12,629 nt of DNA from Fidelibacterota bacterium (GTDB taxonomy: Bacteria; Fidelibacterota; Marinisomatia; Marinisomatales; S15-B10), in NCBI GenBank assembly GCA_046861655.1, contig JBHIAI010000048.1, forward strand, positions 1 to 12,629, read 5' to 3'. Under the pieces are notes generated by a model, which was not told the DNA's origin, ran no database searches, and saw only the letters and a list, made by a program, of their open reading frames with translations. Every line of letters starts with the position of its first letter. Position 1 is the first letter of the stretch. A program made the translations under genes and the position numbers. Positions 1-7,797 of the stretch are shown here, piece after piece.

Positions 1-684
1 CCCATCATCAAAAGATCCAGGGACCGGGCCAAGGACCAAACCTATGTTCTGTGGGGCATTCCCCTTGAGACCTTGAGGCGAACCCTGTTCCCCATCGGCG
101 AACTCACCAAAACCCAGGTCAGGAAAACCGCCGCCGACGCCGGACTCATCACCGCTTCCGAACCTGAAAGCCAGGACATATGCTTTATCCCCAACCACGA
201 CTACCGTGGTTTCCTCAGGAGTTATGTGCCCCAGAGGGTCAGCCAAGACCTCCCCGGTCGATTCATATCCCCGGAAGGGGAATCCATGGGCAGGCACCGG
301 GGACTGTCCCAGTATACCGTGGGCCAGCGGCGGGGACTGGGCGTGACGGGCCCCCGGCCCCTTTACGTACAGAGGATCGATCCTCAGGACCGGACCGTCA
401 CCCTTACCACCCGCGACCGCATGCTGTTCGATGGATGCACGGTGGACAATCTCAACTGGCTTCAGTCCCCTGAGAACACCGGCAATGGACAATCTCTCTC
501 TGTCCACATCCGGTACAATCACCCCGGCGTCTCCTGCCGCATCACCCCGGATGGAGATTCAAGAGTCAGGGTGATCTTTTCCTCTCCCCAGTTCGCTGTC
601 ACGCCGGGCCAGTCCGCCGTCTTCTACGCGGGAGACGAGCTGCTGGGAGGAGGCATCATCCTGGAAGGACGGCTCCATGACTAG
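1..684 (+). CDS. mnmA: tRNA 2-thiouridine(34) synthase MnmA, C-terminal part (5' end outside window)
   Basis: Frame is open from base 1 (PIIKRSRDRAKDQTYVLWGI...). Motifs KDQTYVL, LFPIGELTKTQVR, ESQDICFI, YTVGQRRGLG, IRYNH and AVTPGQSAVFY..DELLGGGII are typical of MnmA. Confidence 0.96.
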   Translation, partial: PIIKRSRDRAKDQTYVLWGIPLETLRRTLFPIGELTKTQVRKTAADAGLITASEPESQDICFIPNHDYRGFLRSYVPQRVSQDLPGRFISPEGESMGRHRGLSQYTVGQRRGLGVTGPRPLYVQRIDPQDRTVTLTTRDRMLFDGCTVDNLNWLQSPENTGNGQSLSVHIRYNHPGVSCRITPDGDSRVRVIFSSPQFAVTPGQSAVFYAGDELLGGGIILEGRLHD

Positions 685-1432
685 ACCCCGGGCCCTGGGT
701 GTCATCATTCTGGCAGCCGGTGAGGGAAGGAGAATGAAATCTTCCCTCCCCAAGGTTCTTCACAGGGTGGGTGACCGGCCCATGATCCACCACGTCCTTC
801 ATACCGCACAGTCTCTGGACCCGGAAAAGATTGTGGTAGTGGTAGGAAACCGGAAGGATCGGGTCAAACAGGCTCTCAACGATCCCCGGATCGCGTTTGT
901 CAAACAGGACCGGCAGCAGGGCACGGGCCATGCGGTCCTTCAGGCAAGGAGCGAATTTGAAGGGTTCGACGGAGACATCCTGATTCTTTCCGGGGACGTT
1001 CCCCTGCTCTCGGAAATGTCCCTTGACAAACTTCTGTCCACGCATTATGTTTCTAAAGCAGCGGCCACGTATATGACCGTGATCTTTGACAATCCTTCAG
1101 GCTACGGCCGGGTGATCAAGAACGGCCAGGGCGATCTGTTCAGGATCGTGGAAGACAAAGACTGTTCACCCGAACAAAAGGATATTCGGGAAGTGAACGC
1201 CGGGGTCTACGTATTCGACGCGGCACTCCTGTTCCGGTACCTGCCCCAGCTGAGCAACATGAATGCCCAGCGGGAGTATTACCTTCCCGACGTGCAGGAA
1301 TTCATGAGATCGGCCGGTCATCCGGTGGCCCTGTATAGCGTGTCCGATGCCCGGGAGGTGGCCGGAGTCAACTCGCCGGAACAACTTGCCCAGGTGAGAC
1401 GTATCTATGAGGAACTTCATGAAGACAAATAA
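677..1432 (+). CDS. Sugar-phosphate nucleotidyltransferase, GlmU N-terminal (uridyltransferase) domain only
   Basis: ILAAGEGRRMKSSLPKVLH, QQGTGHAV, LSGDVPLL, GYGRVI, EVNAGVYVF, NAQREYYLPD and GVNSPEQL are GlmU pyrophosphorylase motifs. The ORF stops at 251 aa with no hexapeptide acetyltransferase domain. Overlaps the mnmA 3' end by 8 nt. Confidence 0.9.
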   Translation: MTRPRALGVIILAAGEGRRMKSSLPKVLHRVGDRPMIHHVLHTAQSLDPEKIVVVVGNRKDRVKQALNDPRIAFVKQDRQQGTGHAVLQARSEFEGFDGDILILSGDVPLLSEMSLDKLLSTHYVSKAAATYMTVIFDNPSGYGRVIKNGQGDLFRIVEDKDCSPEQKDIREVNAGVYVFDAALLFRYLPQLSNMNAQREYYLPDVQEFMRSAGHPVALYSVSDAREVAGVNSPEQLAQVRRIYEELHEDK

Positions 1433-2039
1433 CAAACCCATCCATTCATCCCTGTTTTCCCGTCTCCGGTCTCCCTATCTCGTCACTCGTCACGGTTTTT
1501 TTCCGTCTCCGGTCTCCCGTCTCCGGTCTCCCGTCTCCGGTCTCCATTTGTTGCCTGCGCTCCTGCTACTGCTGCTTCCACTGTCCTTCACAGCCGCCCA
1601 GTTCAAATCCCAGGATCCCCGCCGGGGGCATCAAGTTCCCATCCCAACCGGGAGTCAATCCTCTCCCGGAGAGACCTCCTCTACGAGCATTTTCTCCCTC
1701 ATGGACCCCGAAAGGTTTTCCATGAGTCACGGCTTTTCCCTGAGTATGGCCACCTGGGGGAATCAGTCCTACAGTTTCGGGACCTATTCCAACAGGCTCC
1801 GCTATCTTTTCTCAGACAACTGGTCGCTCCTTGCCAGGCTCGATTTGGTCCAACCTACCTATTCCACCCTGCCTTACGCGTCAAACGTTTTCAGCGGCCG
1901 CGTCTATTACGGCGCTCAGCTTCTTTTCCAGCCTTCGGAGAATCTTCAGTTCAGCATCGGGGTAGATACCTACCCCCGTCTGTCTCGCTACGGCTCATTC
2001 TATACCCCCTATTCTCCTTTCCAGCCTGACGACAGATAG
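1419..2039 (+). CDS. Secreted/outer-membrane hypothetical protein (signal peptide, beta-strand-rich C-terminus)
   Basis: ATG 1419 follows GAGGA (1409-1413); alternative start 1407. Hydrophobic LLLLLLPLSFTAA|QF signal segment, then alternating aromatic/polar strands (FSMSHGFSLS, YSNRLRYLF, YGAQLLFQPSENLQFSIG). Fills the operon gap. Confidence 0.7.
   Translation: MKTNNKPIHSSLFSRLRSPYLVTRHGFFPSPVSRLRSPVSGLHLLPALLLLLLPLSFTAAQFKSQDPRRGHQVPIPTGSQSSPGETSSTSIFSLMDPERFSMSHGFSLSMATWGNQSYSFGTYSNRLRYLFSDNWSLLARLDLVQPTYSTLPYASNVFSGRVYYGAQLLFQPSENLQFSIGVDTYPRLSRYGSFYTPYSPFQPDDR
1458..1545 (+). repeat. Pyrimidine-rich heptamer tandem repeat (TCCCGTC/TCCGGTC; CTCGTCA x2)
   Basis: The 14-mer CCGTCTCCGGTCTC occurs at 1460-1473 and three times in tandem at 1503-1544. 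CTCGTCA occurs twice at 1479-1492. Confidence 0.9.
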
Positions 2040-2047
2040 TCTCCTGA

Positions 2048-2596
2048 ATGGCCCGGAAAGGACGCTCCACCCGCCGAACAACCTGGTTGGACCTGACCAT
2101 CGCCTTTCTGGGGCTGGTCTTTCTGGTGTTCGTAATCTCCATGGTTCAGCGCACCTGGCGGGGAGGGTCCATCCCGCTGGCCGAAGGTCCCGGCCCAGGG
2201 GGGCGCGACAGTGGCTCTTCCCCTTTTCCTCCCAGGCTCATTGTCGATTACCGGGAAGAAGTCCCCGCTTCTCCCATGGAGGTGGAAGTCTTGAACGGCT
2301 GTGGGGTGTACGGACTCGCCGCCGGGTTCACCGATTTTCTCAGGACGGAGGGATTTGATGTGGTCAACTCCGGCAATGCCAACAATTTCGACTATCCCGC
2401 CACCCTCATCATTCAGCGGAGCGAACGGGTGGAAAGCTCTTACCGTATGGCTGAACTCCTGAACATTCCCAAGAGCGACACCACCCGGATCCTGGTCCGG
2501 CCCGATCTATCCCTGGCCACGGACGTTACCGTCATTCTTGGAAGAGACTATAAAGATATCAAACCTTTTCGACAGTTCCTGTCTACCCGGCCCTGA
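2048..2596 (+). CDS. LytR C-terminal domain-containing membrane protein
   Basis: N-terminal TM helix; VEVLNGCGVYGLA...LRTEGFDVVNSGNA..FDY..TLII and DVTVILGRDY are LytR_C motifs; adjacent to rsfS. Confidence 0.88.
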   Translation: MARKGRSTRRTTWLDLTIAFLGLVFLVFVISMVQRTWRGGSIPLAEGPGPGGRDSGSSPFPPRLIVDYREEVPASPMEVEVLNGCGVYGLAAGFTDFLRTEGFDVVNSGNANNFDYPATLIIQRSERVESSYRMAELLNIPKSDTTRILVRPDLSLATDVTVILGRDYKDIKPFRQFLSTRP

Positions 2597-2607
2597 CCCC
2601 TTCCCCT

Positions 2608-3018
2608 TTGCCAGAGTCACCGTCACCCCCCAAATCGATCCCTTCTGAAAAACTTGCCCGGGACATCTCTCGCCTGGCCCTTTCCAAGAAGGCCGAGGAC
2701 ATTCACGTTCTGGACGTCCGGCAGATCACCACCATCACCGATTACTTTATCGTTTGTTCCGGGAGCACCGATGTTCACGTGAAGGCCATTCATGATTCTA
2801 TTCTGGAGGGGCTGGAGGCCGAGATCAAGCCCTGGCATGTGGAAGGGATAGACGCCCTCCGGTGGGTCTTGATGGACTACGTGGATGTGGTAGTCCATGT
2901 CTTCCAGCCGGAAGTGAGGGACTACTACCAGCTGGAGCGCCTCTGGGCGGACGCTGACATGGAAATCCTCCAGGACGAACCCACTGAAACGCCCAAAGCC
3001 GGCAACGCAGGGCGGTAA
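2608..3018 (+). CDS. rsfS: Ribosome silencing factor RsfS (Iojap)
   Basis: KKAEDIHVLDV, TDYFIVCSG, HVEG, WVLMDYVDVVVHVF and RDYYQLERLWAD. The TTG start is uncertain. Confidence 0.96.
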   Translation: MPESPSPPKSIPSEKLARDISRLALSKKAEDIHVLDVRQITTITDYFIVCSGSTDVHVKAIHDSILEGLEAEIKPWHVEGIDALRWVLMDYVDVVVHVFQPEVRDYYQLERLWADADMEILQDEPTETPKAGNAGR

Positions 3019-3149
3019 GCGCTACGGATCATTCCGTTGTAGTTCGATCCTGTAGGCAAGCACCACTTCGGAAGGGAAATACCCTTACTTTATTACAAAC
3101 TGATGCCCATATTACCCTGATCCTAAAGCAACTCCACGATATTTTTACA

Positions 3150-3178
3150 TTGACCTTTTTACATATTCTTACTATAAT
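3150..3178 (+). promoter_or_regulatory. Sigma70-type promoter for the AAA/DUF4143 gene
   Basis: TTGACC (3150-3155), 17-bp spacer, TATAAT (3173-3178). RBS-like AAGGTGA at 3200-3206 precedes ATG 3213. Confidence 0.8.
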
Positions 3179-3212
3179 TGCCCTGTCTTTATTACAAACA
3201 AGGTGATAAGCC

Positions 3213-4556
3213 ATGTTCAACCGAGAGATCCTTGATGATCTTAGAGACTGGGCCAGGGCGGACGACAGGAAGCCCCTCATTTTGCGCGGTGCCAGGCAAG
3301 TCGGCAAGACCACCGCCGTGAACATATTTTCCCGGGAATTCGACCAATACCTCTATTTGGATCTTGAAAACAGTGAAGACGCCGAAATATTTGCCAGAGA
3401 TCTCCCCTTCCAGGACCTGGTCCAGGCGATGTTCCTGCATAAGAACCTATCTCCCTCTGATGGGAGAACACTTCTATTCGTGGACGAAATCCAGGGCTCT
3501 CCCATCGCAATCAAGATGATGCGATACTTTCGTGAAACCGCACACACTCTTTTTGTCCTTGCGGCAGGTTCCCTGCTGGAAGCAACGTTTGGCGCACAGC
3601 AAATGAGTTTTCCTGTGGGAAGGGTCCAATTCATATTCATGTATCCGCTGACCTTCCGGGAATTTCTTGTGGCCACGGGCGAGGATAAGGCTCGACAGCT
3701 ACTCGATACCGTCCCCCTGCCAACCTATGCTTTCACTCGGCTTCTGAATCTTTTCCATCAGTATACCTTAATTGGAGGGATGCCTGAGATCGTCGGGTGC
3801 TGGAATGATTCCAGGGACGTCACGGCCCTTACCCCCATGTATGAAGCACTCATGACTTCCTACCGTGACGACGTCGTAAAATATGCCCGAAACAGAACCA
3901 TGGTTGAAATCCTGAGACATACCATTGAATCGGTCCCTCTCGAAACCGGAAAGAGGATTACGTTCGAGGGATTCGGAAACTCGCGTTACCGGTCTCGTGA
4001 AATGTCAGAAGCACTGAAATCTCTCGAGAGGGCCTTGCTACTTCACCTTGTCTACCCAACCACTGTCACTAAGCCACCGATCAGAATCGACAAAAGGAAA
4101 AAACCCAGGCTCCAATTCCTCGACACGGGGCTTATCAACTACACAGCTGGTCTTCAACGAGACTTTTTCACTGGGAACAATCTCCACGCAATCTATCACG
4201 GTATGATCGTGGAACACGTTGTGGGCCAAGAGTTGATAGCCATGAACCGGAAACAGCCAGGAAAGATCTCGTTCTGGGTGAGACAGAAAAAACAGTCGAC
4301 GGCAGAAGTGGACTATGTGCTGCCCCACGGACAGTTTCTCATTCCCGTTGAAGTAAAGGCGGGGAAAGTTGGGACGCTGAGGTCCTTACATCAATTCATG
4401 GAACGTGTCGACCATCGCTATGCTGTGAGGATTTATGCCGGCCAGCTGAAGAAAACAGAGAACCAAACCCCGAATGGAAAGCGATTTACCCTTCTTGACC
4501 TGCCTTATTTCCTGTCTGGAAAACTCACAGATTATCTGAATTGGTTCATTCATTAA
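3213..4556 (+). CDS. ATP-binding protein, AAA_14 + DUF4143 family (C-terminal PD-(D/E)xK-like motif)
   Basis: RKPLILRGARQVGKT (Walker A), LLFVDEIQ (Walker B), AAGSLL, FPVGRV, MYPLTFREFL, GGMPE, FLDTGL, EVDYV and IPVEVKAG. Confidence 0.92.
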   Translation: MFNREILDDLRDWARADDRKPLILRGARQVGKTTAVNIFSREFDQYLYLDLENSEDAEIFARDLPFQDLVQAMFLHKNLSPSDGRTLLFVDEIQGSPIAIKMMRYFRETAHTLFVLAAGSLLEATFGAQQMSFPVGRVQFIFMYPLTFREFLVATGEDKARQLLDTVPLPTYAFTRLLNLFHQYTLIGGMPEIVGCWNDSRDVTALTPMYEALMTSYRDDVVKYARNRTMVEILRHTIESVPLETGKRITFEGFGNSRYRSREMSEALKSLERALLLHLVYPTTVTKPPIRIDKRKKPRLQFLDTGLINYTAGLQRDFFTGNNLHAIYHGMIVEHVVGQELIAMNRKQPGKISFWVRQKKQSTAEVDYVLPHGQFLIPVEVKAGKVGTLRSLHQFMERVDHRYAVRIYAGQLKKTENQTPNGKRFTLLDLPYFLSGKLTDYLNWFIH

Positions 4557-4594
4557 GCCTATCCTGAAGTGAAACTATACCCTTAAATTGCCCC

Positions 4595-6244
4595 ATGTCC
4601 ATCCTCGATGTGAAAGCCCATTTGCGTAGTGCCCTGAACCGGGTTCTCAAAGAACTCGACCTGCCCATCGAGGAGATCGAGATCGAACCCTCCACCAGTC
4701 CTGAATTCGGCGACCTCTCCACCAACATCGCTCTGGTCTTGTCCCGCGGCGGCGGGATGAACCGTAAGCCCCTGGATCTCGCCGGGGAGATCGAGTCCAG
4801 ACTCAAAGTATCCCCCGACTTCTGCCAGTCGGTCTCCGTATCGCAGCCGGGATTCATCAACTTCACCATCAACCCCGCCTATCTGGTGAATCAAATTCCC
4901 GTCATCCTGAAAGCCGGGGATACCTACGGGAGATCGAAAACAGGAGAGGGCAAGAATGCCCTGGTGGAATTCGTCAGTGCCAATCCCACCGGTCCCCTCA
5001 CCGTGGGTCACGGCCGCCAGGCCGTCCTCGGGGATATGGTTTCAAACATCCTCCAGTGGCACGGCTTCGACGTCACCCGGGAATACTACTTCAACGACGC
5101 CGGTCGACAGATGCGGCTGCTGGCGGAATCGGTGTACGCCCGGTACCGGGAACTCCTGGGCGAAAAAGCCCAGCTTCCCGAGGGGGGCTACGAAGGCGAT
5201 TACATCAGGGATATCGCCCGGGTCATTAAGGAGGACAACGGAGACACCCTGAAAGACCGGCCCGACTCCCCCCTGTTCAAGGAGACGGCGGTAAGACTCA
5301 TTTTTTCCAGCATCAAAGATACCCTTCAAGAGATTGGCATCACCTTCGACAGCTTTGTGAACGAACTGACTTTCTACGAGGACGGATCCATAGATAGAGT
5401 CATCAAGGGGCTTCGCCGGCAGGACCTTGCCTATGACAAAGACGGTGCCGTCTGGTTCAGGTCCACCCGCCTGGGAAAATCCCAGGATACGGTCCTGTTG
5501 AAAAGCTCTGGCGAACCCACCTACCGCCTCCCTGATATCGCGTACCATCAACACAAGATTGACAGGGGATTTGACCTCATCGTGGACCTTTTCGGTGCCG
5601 ACCACAAGGACACCTACCCCGATGTCCTTGCGGCGGTAGAGACCCTGGGCTATCCCACCGAAAACATCCGGGTCCTTCTCCATCAATTCGTGACTCTCAA
5701 AGAGAAGGGGCAAAAGGTTAGGATGTCTACCCGGAAGGCGGCTTTCGTCACTCTGAATGAATTGATCCACCGGGTGGGGCCCGATGTGGTGCGGTACTTC
5801 TTCATCATGCGCGGCAGGCAGAGCCACCTCAATTTCGACCTGGATCTGGCCGCTAAGGAGTCGGATGAAAATCCCGTCTATTACCTCCAGTATGCTCACG
5901 CCCGCATCGCCAACATCAAGAAATACGGGCGCGACATGAGGATCACCCTTGAAGGCGAAGAAGATCTTTCCCTCATCAGGGAAGAATCCGAACTCACCCT
6001 TTTGAAGCACCTGATCCGCTTTCCCGGTGTCACACAGACAGCCCTGGACACTCTTGAACCCCAGGGCATTGCCAACTTCCTTCAGGATGTGGCCACCCAT
6101 TTTCACAAGTTTTACACGGAACACAGGGTGGTAACCGATGATATTCCCGTTTCCAGGGCCCGGCTGGCCCTTGTGTCAGCCACCCGGGTCGTACTGGCCA
6201 ACGGTCTTCAGATCCTCGGTATCACCGCTCCTGAGAGGATGTAG
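4595..6244 (+). CDS. argS: Arginine--tRNA ligase
   Basis: FGDLSTNIA, PGFINF, VEFVSANPTGPLTVGHGR (HIGH-like), EYYFNDAGRQ, PTYRLPDIAYH, GADH, MSTRK, NPVYYLQYAHAR and the C-terminal LGITAPERM. Confidence 0.98.
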   Translation: MSILDVKAHLRSALNRVLKELDLPIEEIEIEPSTSPEFGDLSTNIALVLSRGGGMNRKPLDLAGEIESRLKVSPDFCQSVSVSQPGFINFTINPAYLVNQIPVILKAGDTYGRSKTGEGKNALVEFVSANPTGPLTVGHGRQAVLGDMVSNILQWHGFDVTREYYFNDAGRQMRLLAESVYARYRELLGEKAQLPEGGYEGDYIRDIARVIKEDNGDTLKDRPDSPLFKETAVRLIFSSIKDTLQEIGITFDSFVNELTFYEDGSIDRVIKGLRRQDLAYDKDGAVWFRSTRLGKSQDTVLLKSSGEPTYRLPDIAYHQHKIDRGFDLIVDLFGADHKDTYPDVLAAVETLGYPTENIRVLLHQFVTLKEKGQKVRMSTRKAAFVTLNELIHRVGPDVVRYFFIMRGRQSHLNFDLDLAAKESDENPVYYLQYAHARIANIKKYGRDMRITLEGEEDLSLIREESELTLLKHLIRFPGVTQTALDTLEPQGIANFLQDVATHFHKFYTEHRVVTDDIPVSRARLALVSATRVVLANGLQILGITAPERM

Positions 6245-6909
6245 TGGACATTCTCAAACCGGCCCTGAATTACGCCCTGTTGTGCGTTTCCACCCTTCTC
6301 ACACTGGTGAATCCCCTGGGCATTGCACCCCTTTTTATGGTATTGACCGAGAGGTTCGACTCCCCTCAGAGGCACGCCATTGTCCGGAAGGCCACCCTTA
6401 CCGGAGGAATCACCCTGCTGGTGTTCGCCCTGGTGGGAAGCTACATTTTTCGTTTTTATGGGATCACCTTGAATGCCTTCCACATCATGGGGGGCATCAT
6501 TTTTTTTCGAAGTGGTCTCCGTATGCTGGAGGGGAATGTTCTCCAGACGCGGACAACCCCCAAGGAGCAGGAGGAAAGTCTTCAGCTGGACGATATCGCC
6601 ATCAGTCCTTTGGGGATTCCCCTCATCACAGGTCCCGGGGCTATCACGGCCGCGCTGGTCCTGTCGGGGCAGGCCACGGGCCCGACGGATTACGCCATAC
6701 TGGTAGCGTCCATCCTTCTGGTTCTTGTCATTACCTACTATGTCCTGAGAGGGGCGGACAGACTTTCCCGGAGGTTGGGGACCACCGGCATGCGCATCAT
6801 TCAGAGGATCATGGGGATCATCCTCATGGTGATCGCGGTGCAGTTTGTCATCAATGGCGTCACTCCCATCTTTCAGTCTATCATGGAATCCGTACTGAAA
6901 GGCACGTAG
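6244..6909 (+). CDS. MarC family integral membrane protein
   Basis: LVNPLGIAPLF, GGIIFF, DIAISPLGIPLITGPGAIT and RIMGIIL..IAVQFVINGV. The GTG start overlaps the argS stop (TAGTG). Confidence 0.93.
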   Translation: MDILKPALNYALLCVSTLLTLVNPLGIAPLFMVLTERFDSPQRHAIVRKATLTGGITLLVFALVGSYIFRFYGITLNAFHIMGGIIFFRSGLRMLEGNVLQTRTTPKEQEESLQLDDIAISPLGIPLITGPGAITAALVLSGQATGPTDYAILVASILLVLVITYYVLRGADRLSRRLGTTGMRIIQRIMGIILMVIAVQFVINGVTPIFQSIMESVLKGT

Positions 6910-6987
6910 CGCAACGTATCCCTGGAAGCCTTGGCATTAATATTTTCCATTTTTTCTTAGATTAAAGGAACTTCCTGGCACCCGGAA

Positions 6988-7707
6988 ATGAAAGCTCCCT
7001 CTCCTTTGGACCGTCTTCTCCTCTGGTCTATGCCGGTTTTGATAGCGCCTTCGCTCGCTCCAGCTCAGCTCAACCTCCAGCACCATTACGACATCTCCCG
7101 GGGGATTTTCACGTCAACAGCGGAATTCTTATTCCATGACACCCTGGGAACCACGTTTGGATTTACAGACATCAACTACGACTCGTACCACTACGAAAAA
7201 CCTGGCGCCACCGACATGTATTTCGAACTGGCCCGGTATTTCACCATCCCGAGGTTGCACGAAAATCTCAGCTGGACTCTGCAGTACAATGACGGGGTCA
7301 TCTTCTTTCCCGAGTCCGATTCCACCCTGTTCTCCGCCCTCCACCGGGTCTGGCTGGGGGGCTTCAGTTATCTGGTTCCCGGGGAAGACTATGTTGTATC
7401 GGCCGATGTTCTGGCCAGGCTTCAGGAGGGAGATAAGGGCTTGAGCTACCAGCTCACCTTCGTGTGGTTCTTGTCCCTTGGGGGACCGTTTATCTCCACT
7501 GGCTTTTTCGATCTGTGGAATTCGGAGAGGGAGGGAGTCCTCAAGCTCATTAGCGAGCCTCAGGTCCTGGTTTCGTTCGGGGATTGGGAGGCCGGGGTGG
7601 AGGTGGAGGTGTCCCGCAATTTCCCCGGAGCCTGGACCCGCCGGGTCCCCTACCGCCCAGCCAGAACGTTTTTCCTCCCCACGATCTTCATCAAACACAT
7701 GTTTTAG
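6988..7707 (+). CDS. Outer-membrane beta-barrel protein, DUF5020 / nucleoside-channel-like
   Basis: Signal peptide, then QLNLQHHYD..R, TSTAEF..D..GTTFGFTDINY, YFELARY, QYNDG, GFFDLW, SEPQV, GVEVEVSRNF and PTIFIKHMF with a terminal Phe. Family recalled from memory. Confidence 0.75.
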   Translation: MKAPSPLDRLLLWSMPVLIAPSLAPAQLNLQHHYDISRGIFTSTAEFLFHDTLGTTFGFTDINYDSYHYEKPGATDMYFELARYFTIPRLHENLSWTLQYNDGVIFFPESDSTLFSALHRVWLGGFSYLVPGEDYVVSADVLARLQEGDKGLSYQLTFVWFLSLGGPFISTGFFDLWNSEREGVLKLISEPQVLVSFGDWEAGVEVEVSRNFPGAWTRRVPYRPARTFFLPTIFIKHMF

Positions 7708-7740
7708 TCGAACACCCTCCCTTTGCCGCCCGTATTTCTC

Positions 7741-7792
7741 TTTTCCGTGAGGGGAACCGACACCCCCGCTCGTGCGTCCCAGAGAACCTTTC
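7741..7792 (+). repeat. Imperfect direct repeat, copy 1 (52 bp)
   Basis: Aligns without gaps to 8189-8240 with 42/52 identities (manual count); shared core GGGGAACCGAsACCCCCrCTCGTGyGTC...AACCTTTC. Confidence 0.85.
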
Positions 7793-7797
7793 GTTCT

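Noticed and set aside
1503..1544. Alternating BsmBI/BsaI sites suggesting a synthetic construct
   Set aside because: The sites are a by-product of a degenerate natural heptamer array; there is no vector sequence nearby.
3022..3055. Hairpin CTACGGATC/GATCCTGTAG after rsfS as a terminator
   Set aside because: Bulged stem, 15-nt loop and no U-tract; insufficient support.
5042..6124. 360-aa antisense ORF
   Set aside because: Shadow of argS; no recognisable motifs, and such ORFs are expected in GC-rich coding DNA.
6138..6965. 275-aa alternative-frame ORF
   Set aside because: Overlaps the clear MarC gene; low-complexity Pro/His/Gly/Arg off-frame composition.
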